Assembly: GCF_009914755.1 (NCBI RefSeq)
Contig: NC_060930.1
Origin: the human T2T-CHM13v2.0 reference genome, Homo sapiens
Direction: 5' to 3' (one strand)
DNA length: 64,000 nt
This document shows positions 1 to 12,460 of the stretch, piece by piece (within the stretch, counting starts at the first letter, position 1; the number at the start of each line of letters is the position of its first letter). Below the pieces are notes generated by a model that was not told the DNA's origin, searched no databases, and saw only the letters and a list, made by a program, of their open reading frames with translations. The translations under genes were made by a program, and so were the position numbers.

Positions 1-400
1 AAACGTAACTGTTCCAATGTATGCTTTCATCAACAGTATAGAAGAGTCCTCTTGCTTCACAGTTTTGCCAAACTTGGCTTTAGAAAATATTAATTTTTTG
101 CCAATAGGATGCATTTGAAACAAAATTTCTTACAGATTTAGTTTTCATATGCCTGATTATGAATAAGACTACACATCTTCACAGATGTGTAAAAGCCATT
201 TGTGTTTTTCCTTATGTAAACTACCTGCTGTGGTGTTAGCTCATTTTTTTCTATTAGGTTATTGTTTTTTGTCTTATTTTTAATTGCTTTGTAGAAAGAT
301 TTTTATTTTAGGAGATTAGGTACCTGCTACCTTAACTATCATTTTTTACCATCAATAGTTTTTCTAGATTTTCTTTTTTCTTGTGTCCTTATTTATAGTA
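1..400 (-). mobile_element. Ancient L1M (L1ME-like) fragment
   Basis: T-rich antisense L1 ORF2/3' phrases (caacagtatagaagagtcc, ttttgccaatagg, gccatttgtgtttttcc); boundaries approximate. Confidence 0.65.
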
Positions 401-1019
401 CCTTTAAAACCAACTATTTAAATTTATATATTTTATATATATTTACATAAATATAACTTTATATAAATGTGATCACATATAGGCATTTTGTATGTGTGCA
501 ATGTTTTTCCACTTTTTATGTGGTTTTCTCCTTAGTCTCTCCTACTTTTCCCCTCATGTGGCTTCCCTGTTCCCCCTACAAAGATAACTCATATTATAAA
601 CTTTACATTAATTATTCCATACTTTTACTGCATTCAAATGCCTCTATACGACTTGTACATTTATGTACATACTCTGCAGGATATTTTAATTTTGTCATTA
701 TTTGGTTTATAAACATGCAATTATGCTAATACAAATTTTTTTTGCTTTTTATATTTTCATTTAACAATACTTTGGGAAAATACCTCTAAGTAAAACTGTG
801 TGATTCTAACTCATTTTTCTAATGGCTCCTAAATTTTGTTGTATCAACAAAAATTTTGCTAAGCAAAAATCACAGCATAGAAAGTTACAGGGACCTAAAG
901 AAGGAAAATTGTACTTAGTCAAGATTTTATAAATATATTTTGGATATGTATATGCATGAACTTTAAAGTGACATTAAGAGGTACATTTTACTCCATAAAA
1001 TTTGTTGTTGTGGAAATTA

Positions 1020-1290
1020 AATATATGAATGTATATGTACTTCTTTTGCTTATATACTTATGTATCTATATTATATATAATTTTGTATATGTATTACATA
1101 AATATATTTTTTATATATTAGAGATACCTATCATATATTATATACTTATGATATTTATTTATATTATTTATATATCTTATATGAGGTAAATATATATTTA
1201 TATATTACATAAATGTATAGTATATATAAGCATATACTATATATGTGTAATATGTGTATACTATATATTGTGTATATATCTATACACACA
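1020..1290. repeat. AT-rich (TA)n-like low-complexity tract
   Basis: Degenerate TATA repeats seen directly. Confidence 0.9.
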
Positions 1291-1344
1291 CATAGAGAAA
1301 GTGAGAGAGACAGAGAGAACAGAGCCAAGTGATAGGAAGTACAC

Positions 1345-1440
1345 TCTATTCCTGGCTCAGTAACAGACTGTGTGGAAGTGGGGGAATAATTTCACTCTGT
1401 GGACTTCAGTTATCTCTCCTGTAAAATGGAGGATAGAGTC
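1345..1440 (+). mobile_element. MIR fragment
   Basis: MIR core-like cttcagttatctctcctgtaaaatggaggata. Confidence 0.6.
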
Positions 1441-1536
1441 AGGACATAGACGGCTCTTCCGACGAGGTCAGAGTTCCTCAAGGCAATTTAGGAGGAATCC
1501 AAGGTTTGCCAAGGCTTTGCATTCACCAGCTGACAT

Positions 1537-1552
1537 GGCGCCACCACGTGGT
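1537..1552 (-). promoter_or_regulatory. Candidate CTCF site overlapping a CACGTG E-box
   Basis: Minus strand CCACGTGGTGGCGC matches the CTCF core CCASYAGRKGGCRS at 12/14; CACGTG at 1545-1550. Confidence 0.5.
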
Positions 1553-2179
1553 AATAGTGTAAACAATTTAAAATGTATTGGATCCGTCAGCTTTTAAACA
1601 TGATTCATCAATGTTTAATTTGAGGAATTAAGATTATTTAAACTTTGGTGCATAAACTGAGACTTTATTAATATGTTTATTTTTCACTATTTGAAATTTG
1701 CATAAAATGTGACTACACTGTATAGACAGGGAAGTTTTGAAATCTAACATTGTTTCTGTAACACAGAGTAACAACCAACTACATTTAAAAATGGGGAAAA
1801 TATGATAATAGAAGAATTATTCACATCAGAAAGTATATTTTAAACAACAATATACAACATCTTTAATAGCCATATGGTTAAAAAAACTTTTCAAAATGCC
1901 TAAAGTTCCTGAAATTAGTTTAGTGAGTGGGGTAAGCGCAGAGTTGGGTGAAAAGACACAAGAGTACCTCAAGAACTTTTATTGTTAATATTATATTATC
2001 GTTTAGACTTCAAAATATTTGGGATTTACACTAAACTGAAGCACATTACACAATCTAGTAGTGAGATAGTAAGTAGAATCAAAATAGAGTATCAATTTTG
2101 TTTATTTAATATTTACATACGTATTGTCGTTTATTGAAATAACTGTATCAACTCTTGCTGCTTTTAGATATTTGATTCG

Positions 2180-3235
2180 TTTTTTTAGTAAATTATTAAT
2201 TTTAGTACAGTTTTAGATTCACAGAAAATTTGCAAAGAAATGAATTTCCATATACCCCGTACCCAATTTTCTATGTTAGCATCTAACATTACCATGGCTC
2301 ATTTGTCATAACTAAATAACAAACATTGATACATTATTATTAATTAAAATTTGTACTCTATTCAGATTTGCTTAATTTTAATCTAATGTTCTTTTTCTGT
2401 TCCAGGATGGCATATTACATTTAGACATTATGTCTTCTTGTGTTCCTCTTGGCTGTGACAATTTCTCCGATTTTCCTTATTTTTGAAGGCTTTGGCAGTT
2501 TTGAAGAGTATTAGTCAGGTATTTTGTTGACCGTTCCTCAATATGGGATTGTGAGATGTTTTTCTCATGATTGGACTGGGGTTCTGGTTACTTGGAAGGA
2601 AGACAACAGAGGTAACGTACCATTCTCTTCACAGAACATCAAGTATTCATACTGTCAACATGACCTGTTACTATTAATAACCATGATCTTCTGTTAACCT
2701 TGATCATCTGGCCAACGTAATGTTTTCCAGATTTCTCCATTGGAAAGTTACTCTTTTTCCCACTTTGCCTGTAATACCCTTTGGAAGGAAGTCACTATGC
2801 AAAACCCACACTTAAGAGGTAGGTAGAGAGCTATACTCACTTCCTTAAGTAGGAACTATGAGCATAAGTTACCCAGAATTCCGTATATTTGTCTCTTTTC
2901 CACATTTGTTTATTTATTCAGCTATTTATATTGGAAGAACTCATGAATATTTATTTTATACTTTGGATTACAATCCGTTACTACACTATCTATCTTGATG
3001 CTCAAATTGTTCTAGTTTGGGCCATTGGGTGTTCCTTGAGGTTGACTTCTCCTTTCCCTTTGACACACTCCCATCGTTTTGGTTTTGAAGCACTTCTTTA
3101 CTTCCTGACACTACAAGATGCTCCAAGCTCATCTTGTATATTTCCTGCCCCAGTCTTAGAATCAGCTATTTATTCACGTTCTGGTTCATTTCATTTGAGA
3201 ATGGTATTAGAAACCAACCAAGATGTGGGCACGAG
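2180..3235 (-). mobile_element. L1MC-type 3' end (L1MC4/5-like)
   Basis: Typical antisense L1MC 3'UTR text (cagttttagattcacagaaaatttgcaaag ... gaatggtattagaaaccaa). Confidence 0.75.
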
Positions 3236-3842
3236 GCGTGACTTTTGTTGACTTTGGATCCTCCCTCTGTATGTATTTACATAAACGCTTTCCTCTCCAT
3301 GTCCTGATCATCTTAAAACTGAGCTTGTTTTAAATAGAGCTTTGAAATTTTTAAGAATAGTTTAGTCAATAAGACTTCTTGCACTCTTGCTAACTATTGT
3401 TTCAATTATTGCTACTGTTAACACCACTACTCCACTAATGGTAAAGTTTGTCACTCTCAAATATGAATTCCGGATAAAAGCTTTCTGGAGAAAAATATAT
3501 GAATTATTTACGCACTTTTCCTCACTACATTCCTTTTCACTAAATCAGCAGCCAACAAATATGTGTCTCTAAGGGAATAAACAGAGCTGTGTGTACATAT
3601 GCATACAGGTGTTTCCCTTTAGGCTTCTTATTGGAGCACATTGCTAGAAGAAATCTGCCAAAATTATTAGACTTTGATTCACTTGCAAGCAACACCTGTG
3701 TGTTCTCTTCATCTTTACATTTCCAAGGCTTAGCTCAATGCTTGATACATTCCAGAGGTTTCCTAAAGGTTTGCCGAATAAATTGCAGAGCCCCCTGGAA
3801 CATGGTGAAGTTTACCATCAATCATTTAAATGCATCTCAGGG

Positions 3843-3891
3843 TTTGTTTTGTTGTTGCTGTTGTTGTTGTTGTTGCTGTTGTTCTTGTTTT
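3843..3891. repeat. (TTG)n microsatellite, imperfect
   Basis: Seen directly; explains the poly-Cys/Leu/Val/Thr ORFs. Confidence 0.95.
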
Positions 3892-5004
3892 GGGGGGGAT
3901 TTTTTGTGATAAGTTTTTGTTGTACTTTATCTGCTTGTTTTTGCTTAGGAAGGCTTCAGTGACAGTAGTTAAAGAAATTGTGGTCACTATCACATTTTTT
4001 TTTTTTTTGGTAGAAACTGATTTCATCTCTCTGATACTGTTTTATCTGAGCCATGGTAAATTAATCACAGTTTTAGGCTTCTTCTTCACTGGTAAAATAA
4101 AGCCCAAACTGCTCATTTAAGAGAAAATGCTTGGCCAAAAGAAGCCTGTAAAACCAGAGTGTGCTTTTCCTTGATTCACAGTAAAACATGAACCCTTTAT
4201 TTGAGCTCTTTATGACATGGAAAAGCATTTCTATGTATTGTGTTGAATAAGCTATTCTTCCCCCGGATGGTATTGAATTTAATTAGAAGAAAATATCTTC
4301 ATGAAAATAAAGCTTTAATGATATACTGCTTCATTTTAAGACCATAAGTCATCGTATCCTCTAAATGGTGGGATAATGATGCTGAAACAAAACACTAAAG
4401 AGGGAAAAAGTTATTCATTTGGTGTTCAGTCTTTCTGTGGAAAACGTGTGTTTTTATTCTTTATCTTCCTTATATTTTTACTTCCAATTTCCCACTTAAA
4501 AGAAGATTCTCTTGTATGTTCTATTTTAATTTTACTCTAGATTCAGTACAATTTCATAAAATGAAATTCATTTAAATATAATTCAGGAACCAAGCCATCT
4601 TGAATGAAAGTATTTTGAGACAGCACTCAGGGTTTCAATATAAACACCGCCATCATCCATCCATTCATTCATTCATCCACCTATTAAAAATCTGTGTGTC
4701 TGTTGCCATCCTGGTGCTGAGAAAACATGAGTGGGAAAGAGAGATTCATCACCTCAGCAATTCGCAGGGAAGAAGGAAAAAGAAACTGAATAACGTAGTA
4801 GGATGGTCCTAGCTGAGTGAAAGAGAGCATGAGACCTGGATATGACCTGAAGTCTGGTTATATAAGAGTTTGTATGAGATAGCCTCCAAAGATAAAGTAT
4901 TGTGCACAAGTGTACAACAAACGGGGTAGGTGAGAACTGAGACAACCTGCAGTCTTGTCTCTGGGCACTAGTGTTTTTCTTTTTCTGTCTTCTCTTTTTA
5001 AATA

Positions 5005-5280
5005 ACAATTAACATTTATCAAGTGTTTGCCCAAATCTGGACACTGATCTGAATATTTTGTGTGTTCTTAGTTAATACTTCATTCTTCACAACAGCTCGT
5101 CACAACACTTGGTGCACTGAGACAGATTCTGTGTTGCCTGGAGTAGGCATTGTAACTCTCATTTCCATTTTGCAGATAAGGAAACAGAAGCACAGAGAGT
5201 TTACATAATTTCACTAAGATCATGCATCCCCAAGTGTTGTAGCCAGGATGTAAACCCAGGCAGCATGCCCCAGAGCCTTC
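5005..5280 (-). mobile_element. MIR
   Basis: cattttgcagataaggaaacagaagcacagagag is the antisense MIR core. Confidence 0.8.
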
Positions 5281-6777
5281 CTCCTGCTCTAATAATGGTC
5301 TGCACTACTTGAGCTTTAAGGAGAGGGGAGCAGCAGGCACAAGCAGAAGGAGTTGTTTTTCCAAAGGGCTTCATGAGACAGGTAGAATCAGTGAAGAGGG
5401 GAGTGTGGGGTGCACACAGTGCTTCTTAGGTCTGTCAGGTGGCAACAGGTGACCTAGAGTCTGGGAGATTGAATCTAGCCTCGCTCCTTGAGAGTGACGG
5501 GGTCGGGAGCCCTGAAATCCACACATCTCAGAATGGATACCATTATCATTTGGAACAATGGTGGCCCTGAGACATTCTCTGGAAACTTCAGAAGCCCAAG
5601 GATAGTGACAAAGAGGGAGAGATGTTGGGAGGAATCAGGGTACGGATGGCATGGATCAAGAAAATAAGTGTAACCTAGAAGATACTCTCTGGGAACTGTT
5701 CATGATGCTGGGTGTGTTGATACAGCTTAAAGGTTATTTCAGTGTGGGGGACGCTTTGATGGCCTTGTCAAAAGTGTGTAAGCATTGCTTTGTTAGTTAT
5801 TGATTTGTTTTCCCAAGCAGTGCATATGACATCCCTGAACCTTTCTCTGCTTTCTAGGTACACCATGATTATGAGAGATTTATGTTTTTCACTTCATTGA
5901 GCATGGTTTAAATGTTTATAGGTCTGTATTACTTTCATAAACTGAAAATAAAAATCTCTCATAATTTGATAGAATTGGGTTAACTGCTAAGAAAATAACA
6001 GTGCTTTATTTTAAAAAAAAGCTTCAAAATAGTAATCATAGTTTAAGAATATTGTTGACGTGAGAGAGACATGTCAGAAATTTAATTGAGCCTTACTATG
6101 CAGTCCAGATTTAAGACCAAGGGATCATACAGGTGGACCAAATAGTCACCTTCTCAGTGTCTTTAAGGCATAGATGAGAAAACTTGAGGTGTTTCACTGA
6201 AGATGCAGGTGAACTCTCAGACATGAGCAGATGTATTGCTTGGAATGACTGATGGCCTTTTCTGAGATGAGTGAGTGTAGTAAGCTGATTTCATGACTGT
6301 GCTTCTGCCAAAGGCTCCAGCCTAGTTCTCCTCTCATCTCTAAGCCCCTTCCCTCTTAGACTACCACTCTATCCGTGAAGGTAAAAATAATAGGTTGAGT
6401 TTTTCTCAAAAGCGGGGCAAAGGAGTTCATTTTCCCCTTACCTAGCAATACAAATTGTTAAAAGAAAAAGAATAAACTGGAATAAGGCTGTATTCAAATG
6501 TCTCATCAAAATGTCCCTGCCTTGGGAAATGCTTTGCCAAAGTGACCATTTCCAAGTCTCTGAAGTCAAAACAGCTGCATCTTAGTGGCTGCCTCAAAAT
6601 CGTGGTATGAAAATGACTGTCAAAACAGCCCCATCAAAATGTCATGTACTTGGAGCCCATGTGAGATGCTCTGTAGACATCTCTGGGCATAATGGGACAG
6701 GAATCTCATAATGGGTTCCCCTTTGTATCCACAGTCCCTTGAAGCTTCGAAATACCCGTATTAAAATGATCACACCA

Positions 6778-6889
6778 CGAAATAATCTGTACAGCCAACT
6801 CCCACGACACATCTTTATCTATGTAACAAGCCTGCACATCCTGCATCTGTGCCCCTGAACTTAATAGTTAAAAATAATAATAATAAAAT
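6778..6889 (+). mobile_element. Very short 5'-truncated L1PA/L1PB 3' end
   Basis: aataatctgtac...tatgtaacaagcctgcacatcctgc...cccctgaacttaa plus A-rich tail; degenerate TSD aaaatgatcacacca (6763-6777) / aaaattatcccacca (6890-6904). Confidence 0.85.
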
Positions 6890-7676
6890 AAAATTATCCC
6901 ACCAACTAAGCATCAGGGAAAAAGTAAGCAGAAGCTTTTACAGGAGGAAAACTCCAGGAGGAGAAAGCTTCCTGTGGGAAGGGACATGGCCTGGGGATTG
7001 GAGAGATGGGGGTGCCTTGGAGAAGGGGCAACAGGGAGGAAGAAGGTATTCCAGGCAGAAAGGACAATGAACACAGAGACAGGAATGAGAAACTGAATGG
7101 GACGATGGCCACAACATACAGGTATTTCAGGTTGCTCACTATCCAACCTTTACTGAGCACCTACTGTATGCTTTAGCATGTTGTCCCCATCATTTTGGAG
7201 AGGACATAGTCAATCTAGTACATGGTACAATCTTTTTTCCTTCCACTCAGCAACAGCAAAATACATCTGGCTCCCGAAACAGTATGGTTTTCCCTCAGAT
7301 ATTTTTCTAAATCACATTGATTTGAATTAAATAATTCAGAAAAATGATTTTTTCTCTTTGTTTTTTGAAATCACTTTAATCAGAATTAAATACAGAGAAA
7401 CGATTTGGTTTCTTCTGAAACACACAGTTACACTGCAAATATAAACATACAAAAAACTGCTGACCACTTAAGTATTAAACATTCACTTGGTATGCTACAG
7501 CTTTTGGAAAATAAAATACCAATAATTACTCAATTTTAATAATAATACTTTGCATTCTATAGAATCAAAAAGTGTGCTGAAATATTTGAAATACTATGTC
7601 AATCTTCTTTAAAAATGAATCTTAAATATGGATTAAGTACAGATTATTTTCCAGTAACATTACTATTAACCTGAAT

Positions 7677-7690
7677 GTTCCCATGGTAAC
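7677..7690. promoter_or_regulatory. RFX X-box motif
   Basis: GTTCCCATGGTAAC fits GTTNCCATGGNAAC exactly, in non-repeat DNA. Confidence 0.45.
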
Positions 7691-8689
7691 AAGACATCTA
7701 ACAGAATATAAAACAGATAACTTTCAATATTTAAATCATAACTCATAAATAAAAACATGTCTGTAGTTGTGTGAAAGTTACACATTAATTCCATTGATAA
7801 GGGATGCAGAAATCTCCTTAGAAATCATATTTTTTAAATTTTGCATTAATTTTTTATAACCAATTTCTGATTATAAAAGTAAAAATGCTTTCTGTAAAAT
7901 AAATTGTAAAAAATAGCAAAAGAATAATTAAGCCTGAGATGAGAACCACTAATCTTTGTTTTAATCATTTTTGTATGTTGTTTTATTTATAAGTTTTAAA
8001 AACAAAATTTGGTTCAGAGTATCAATTTAGTTTTGTTGCCTTCATTTGTTACTTCTTCCCTTATCAGTTATTTTTAAAATTTGCTTTATAGATGGTAGAT
8101 TCATGATAGTCTCTACAATGTAACCATATACTTCCTGCTTCAGTCATTTTTGTTTTTTAGTCTTGTCCACAATAAATCTAATACTTGGAGTTGCGAAGTC
8201 ATACTCCATGCCCTCAAAAAATAATGACTAAAATGGTGTTAAATTTCTTTATGTCCATTTTTTTTTACTGATTTTATCAGGTGATCTCTATAAGCATTCA
8301 AAATTGACTAAGGATGTTTTAGACTAATTAGCCCTCACTACACATTTCCTATGTCTAAAATACAGTAATTGAGAAATGTTGTAGGAACACAACCAACCTA
8401 AACAACCTAACTTGTGAAAGAGAATTTAGGGAGAGAAAATGCCTTACACGAGGACTTCTTTGTTATTAAATACATCTGATTTCCATAATTTTAACTTTGA
8501 AACAGTGTCAAATACCAGACACACACAGATTATAACTGTCCTATCATGGTCCATTTAATAGCACAGGGACCGTAAAATCTGACAGACCCAATTTACTGGA
8601 ATGTAACCTCATGGTCAGCCAGGGAAATGCTGACTTTGCCTTTTGGTTGCAACTAGCAGCAAGGAAGATAAATTTACACTAAGTTGAAG

Positions 8690-9050
8690 AAGGCCTCCAT
8701 CCATTAGGAGAAACGCAGCTGGGGACCAGGAACTGTGGGAACTAGGAATGGAAAGATTTGGGAAAATGGGAAGTCCTTTTTTTCCCCCAGAAGTCTCATG
8801 TCAGCCGCTCTCTATCCCTTGATGTGTGGTTGTTCCTCTGCCTAGAGAGCGCCTTCTCTGCTCCTGGGTCCATAGGGCAAGGGAAGATGGCTGCCCACAG
8901 GTCTGGGACTCACGGGAAGATTCACGCCCTGTACATCCAGGAATGGATTCTCCCTCGCTCCCGTTCACGAGGTAATTGTCTCAGCTTGACTCAGGTGCCC
9001 AATTTTGTGCCCATCGGCTGTGACCAGGGAGCAGAGTCACCTTGTAAAAG
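8690..9050 (-). mobile_element. Old MaLR LTR (MLT1J/K-like) fragment
   Basis: aagatggctgcc ... cagcttgactcaggtgccc ... gctgtgaccagggagcag resembles MLT1 LTR text. Confidence 0.45.
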
Positions 9051-9339
9051 CCTCAGTGCTCTGATTTCCCACTGATTATTGAAGGCAGGAGATGGTATGA
9101 CGCTCCTGATTTTTTCTGCTGTCATCATGTGGCTGAACCGTAGGTTCTGAATTCATACAAAGTATGATTTTCCTTTTACTATTTTTTAATTTTTGAGAAT
9201 TGTATTAATAGTAGCTGAATAAATTTTCCTTGTATCTTGTGTATAAACTTCCAGACCAAATTTTTCTTTGGGGGATCTTAGTGTAGGTGTTGTTCTGCAA
9301 TTTGTTTTTGTTTTGATGCTTAAAATGTCATACATATTA

Positions 9340-11290
9340 GAGTTACATACTTTTAATGAATTAATTTTTAGATGTATACAAGTAATACATGAATGCATTT
9401 TTATTGTTAAAATCTAGGAATACAGATCATATGGATGAAAAAGTCAAAGTTCTCTTTCACACACCTGGACTATCATTTTTTACCTTATTAGGACTGTGGT
9501 TTATATATATTGCTCTGGAACTTGAATTAATGTATAAATATATACTCGTTATTTAACAATACATAGCTTTAAAACAGTACTTAAAATACATGTCCAGAGG
9601 AAAAAACAAAATCCTCTTTCAACATCCTCCTTCTACAAGAATTCAACTTACTTTCCCCAAATTGCTATTAACAGTTTGATGTGTATTCTGGATTTTTTTT
9701 CTACGTATTTAAATACACACATCCATGTAAAAATATACAGTTGGGGATTTTTTAACATAATTGGGATCACAGTGTAGAGATTAAATAGAACTCTGTTTAT
9801 TAGAAATTTACAGATCTGTGTTGAAGATGGTTTCATGTCAGTATCTGTAGACAACTTATAAAGTTCTGCAAAGCATTCCATATCATAGATGTTTCATAAT
9901 TTAACTATTCCTTCATTGGTGGATATTTATCATTTCCATTTTTCACTATTAAAAATATCGTGATGATGAAACTATTTGTATATATTTCTTCATAGCCATA
10001 TGAGGATATTTTTCTACATCAAAGAAACAAAAATATTACAAAAGGATACTCCAGAAAAGGCTGTAAACATTTCATTTCTGCCAATAGTGTATGAAAGTGC
10101 ACATTTCCACACAACTTTGCCAGTCTTGGGTATCAGCAATCCTTTTTAATTTTTGCCAGTCTAAAGAGTTAAAAATATATAGCTGAACTTTCTTTTGTTA
10201 TAATTTGTGTTTCCTGATAATTAGTGAGAATGGGCATTTCTTTATATATTTGTTGGTCATGTATATTTTTTCTTCTTTGAATTGCCTACTGATATATTAA
10301 TATGTTCTTTTTTTCTCTTGAAGTTTTTACTCTATTTTTAAAAAATCAATTTGTAGGAATAATTTGTTGATCTGTCATATATTTTGCAAATATTTCCCAG
10401 TTTTAACTTTGTTCATGGTGTTTCATCATATGAAGTTTTAATTGTTTAAGCAGTCAACACTATTAGTCTTTTTCCTTATGGTTTCTAGATGTTCTGTAAT
10501 GTTTACAAAGTTTTTTACCACACCAATTTTATAATGTATTGTCTAATTTGTAAATAAGTTGATATATTTTCTAAATGTCCAGCTTTTAAAACTATCTAGA
10601 ATTATTTGTGTATGTTCGTATTGTAAATTGGAAGCTATTTTACTCTAAATAGCCAATTGTCTTATTTATGTAAATGACTAATATTTACCCAGCAATTTGA
10701 AAATCTACCTTTCTTATAAATTAAATTCTCATATATAATTGATCTGCTTCCAGATCTTATTTTCTACTTATCTATCACTACTCTTATGACAGTGCTATAC
10801 TGTTTCAGCTATCTTAACTTGATATATGTTTTAATATGTGGTTTTTCTTTTTTTTTTTTCACTTTTCCTGAAGTTCTCACATGTTTTTCTTCTGGATGAG
10901 TTTAAATATCTTCCAGTGAAGTTCCACAGGGTGTCTTTTGTGGATGTCTTTCCAATTTCCTTCCAGTTTCCTATAGGAAAAATTCCCACATGTTGGAAAA
11001 CTCACCTGTAAAACCATCTGGGACTGGTGCCTTTCTGAGATTGATCTTTGGCTATCTTCCAGGCTCTTTGGTAGTTATTGATCTATTCAGGTTTTCTATT
11101 TCTGCTTCATTCAAACACAATCATTTGTATTTTTTAGAAATCCTTCCCTTTTATCTAGATTTTCAAATTTTTTATATAAAATAGTCTTCCTTACTCATTT
11201 CTTATGCTGGTAATTTTCTCTTTTCACATTTTTTGTTGTTGTTCTTTTACTTTTTTCTTAATTGGACATGACAAAGATTAGTTGACCTTA
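9340..11290 (-). mobile_element. L1ME/L1M fossil (3' end and ORF2 remnants)
   Basis: Antisense L1 phrases (ttggtggatattt, ccaatagtgtatgaaagtg, aactcacctgtaaaaccatctggg); boundaries approximate. Confidence 0.7.
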
Positions 11291-12149
11291 TCCATGTGGA
11301 TAAGGTCTCCTCTGAACTGTGTTGCTTTGCTTCCCCAAGTAGTCCCTTCTCCAAAGCAAGACCTAATTGTGTGCTATATAAAGTCGGCAGGGCATTCTGA
11401 CCGCCAAGTTCCATTCTGAGCAGGAAGAAGTCAGGCAGGCTGGTGACCTCCCCTGTCCAGTTACCAAAATCGAGAGGGCTTTAATCTGGGGTGTAGCCCA
11501 TTGGCATTATTGATCATATGTTTCCTTTTTTTTTCCCCTCTGTATCTGTGGTGGAGCTCCAGGGGAGTCATCCCCAGCTCTGCTCAGCTTCTCCAGGGCA
11601 GGATAATTCTCTGAGGGGACCTCGGCCTCCCATGGCAGATTATTCACCCTCCAGAGAGGGTTTTTCTGATTTTATCCAGGGGCAAACACTGCTAATCCCC
11701 GCCACTCAGCCTAAGTGGAAAGGGAGAAAGGAATAAGGTGCCCAACTGGCCTAGCTATTTCAAGAATGTGTTGACTCTGAGCTCGGATAATCACTGAAAT
11801 TCCTTCAACACTGTAAAATTTTCTCTTACCCGTGTTTTAGCCTGAGGTTTTCTCTAACCTCGTTTCTTCGTCAACCTGATTTCATTTGGTTTCTATTTAT
11901 CTTCCCAGCAAATTTCATTTTCTGGGCATTCTTTCTCATTTTCTAGCACTGATATAGATTTACTCTTGAGAAACAAATAAATAAAAGCATTTCTGCCATT
12001 TCCTTAAGGGTTTGCAAGTGAGAAAGGGTGTATACATGTGCACTCTTCCACAACTTTTAGTCTGTCTTTTAAGAGTTTGTTTACACCGAACTAAAGAGGA
12101 TAGTCCAAATAAGTTATGATCAAAATAAAGACTGAATTAGGAACCCTTG

Positions 12150-12460
12150 TTGTGTTCTCATTTCACTGTGTACTTCCTTTCTTAACAGTTAAACCTGTGT
12201 AATTGTTAAGTCGCGGTGACAACAAGGACTGCATCCGTCTCGTGTGTCATTTGTATCCCTCGTGCACAACGTTGCCTCAAACAAACTAAGCATTCCATAA
12301 ATACTGGTTAAATGGAGAAGTGGATCGATTATTTCATGCACAAACCAAAAATGGAGAAAATCACTAACACGATCTCTGGAGGGTTTGGTGCAAGTTTAGC
12401 TAGTGACAGGACCAGAGCCAGGACCCATGTGACTCCTCCTCGGGTGCTCTTTCCACTGAC
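12150..12460. mobile_element. L2 3' end (+) followed by MIR fragment (-)
   Basis: aagcattccataaatactggttaaatg is L2-tail-like; gctagtgacaggaccagagccaggaccc...gtgctctttccact is antisense MIR-like. Confidence 0.5.

Noticed and set aside
3589-4120. Poly-Cys/Leu/Val/Thr ORFs resembling membrane or metal-binding proteins
   Set aside because: Produced by the (TTG)n microsatellite
6501-6656. Short direct repeat catcaaaatgtc twice
   Set aside because: Only 12 bp exact; no further structure
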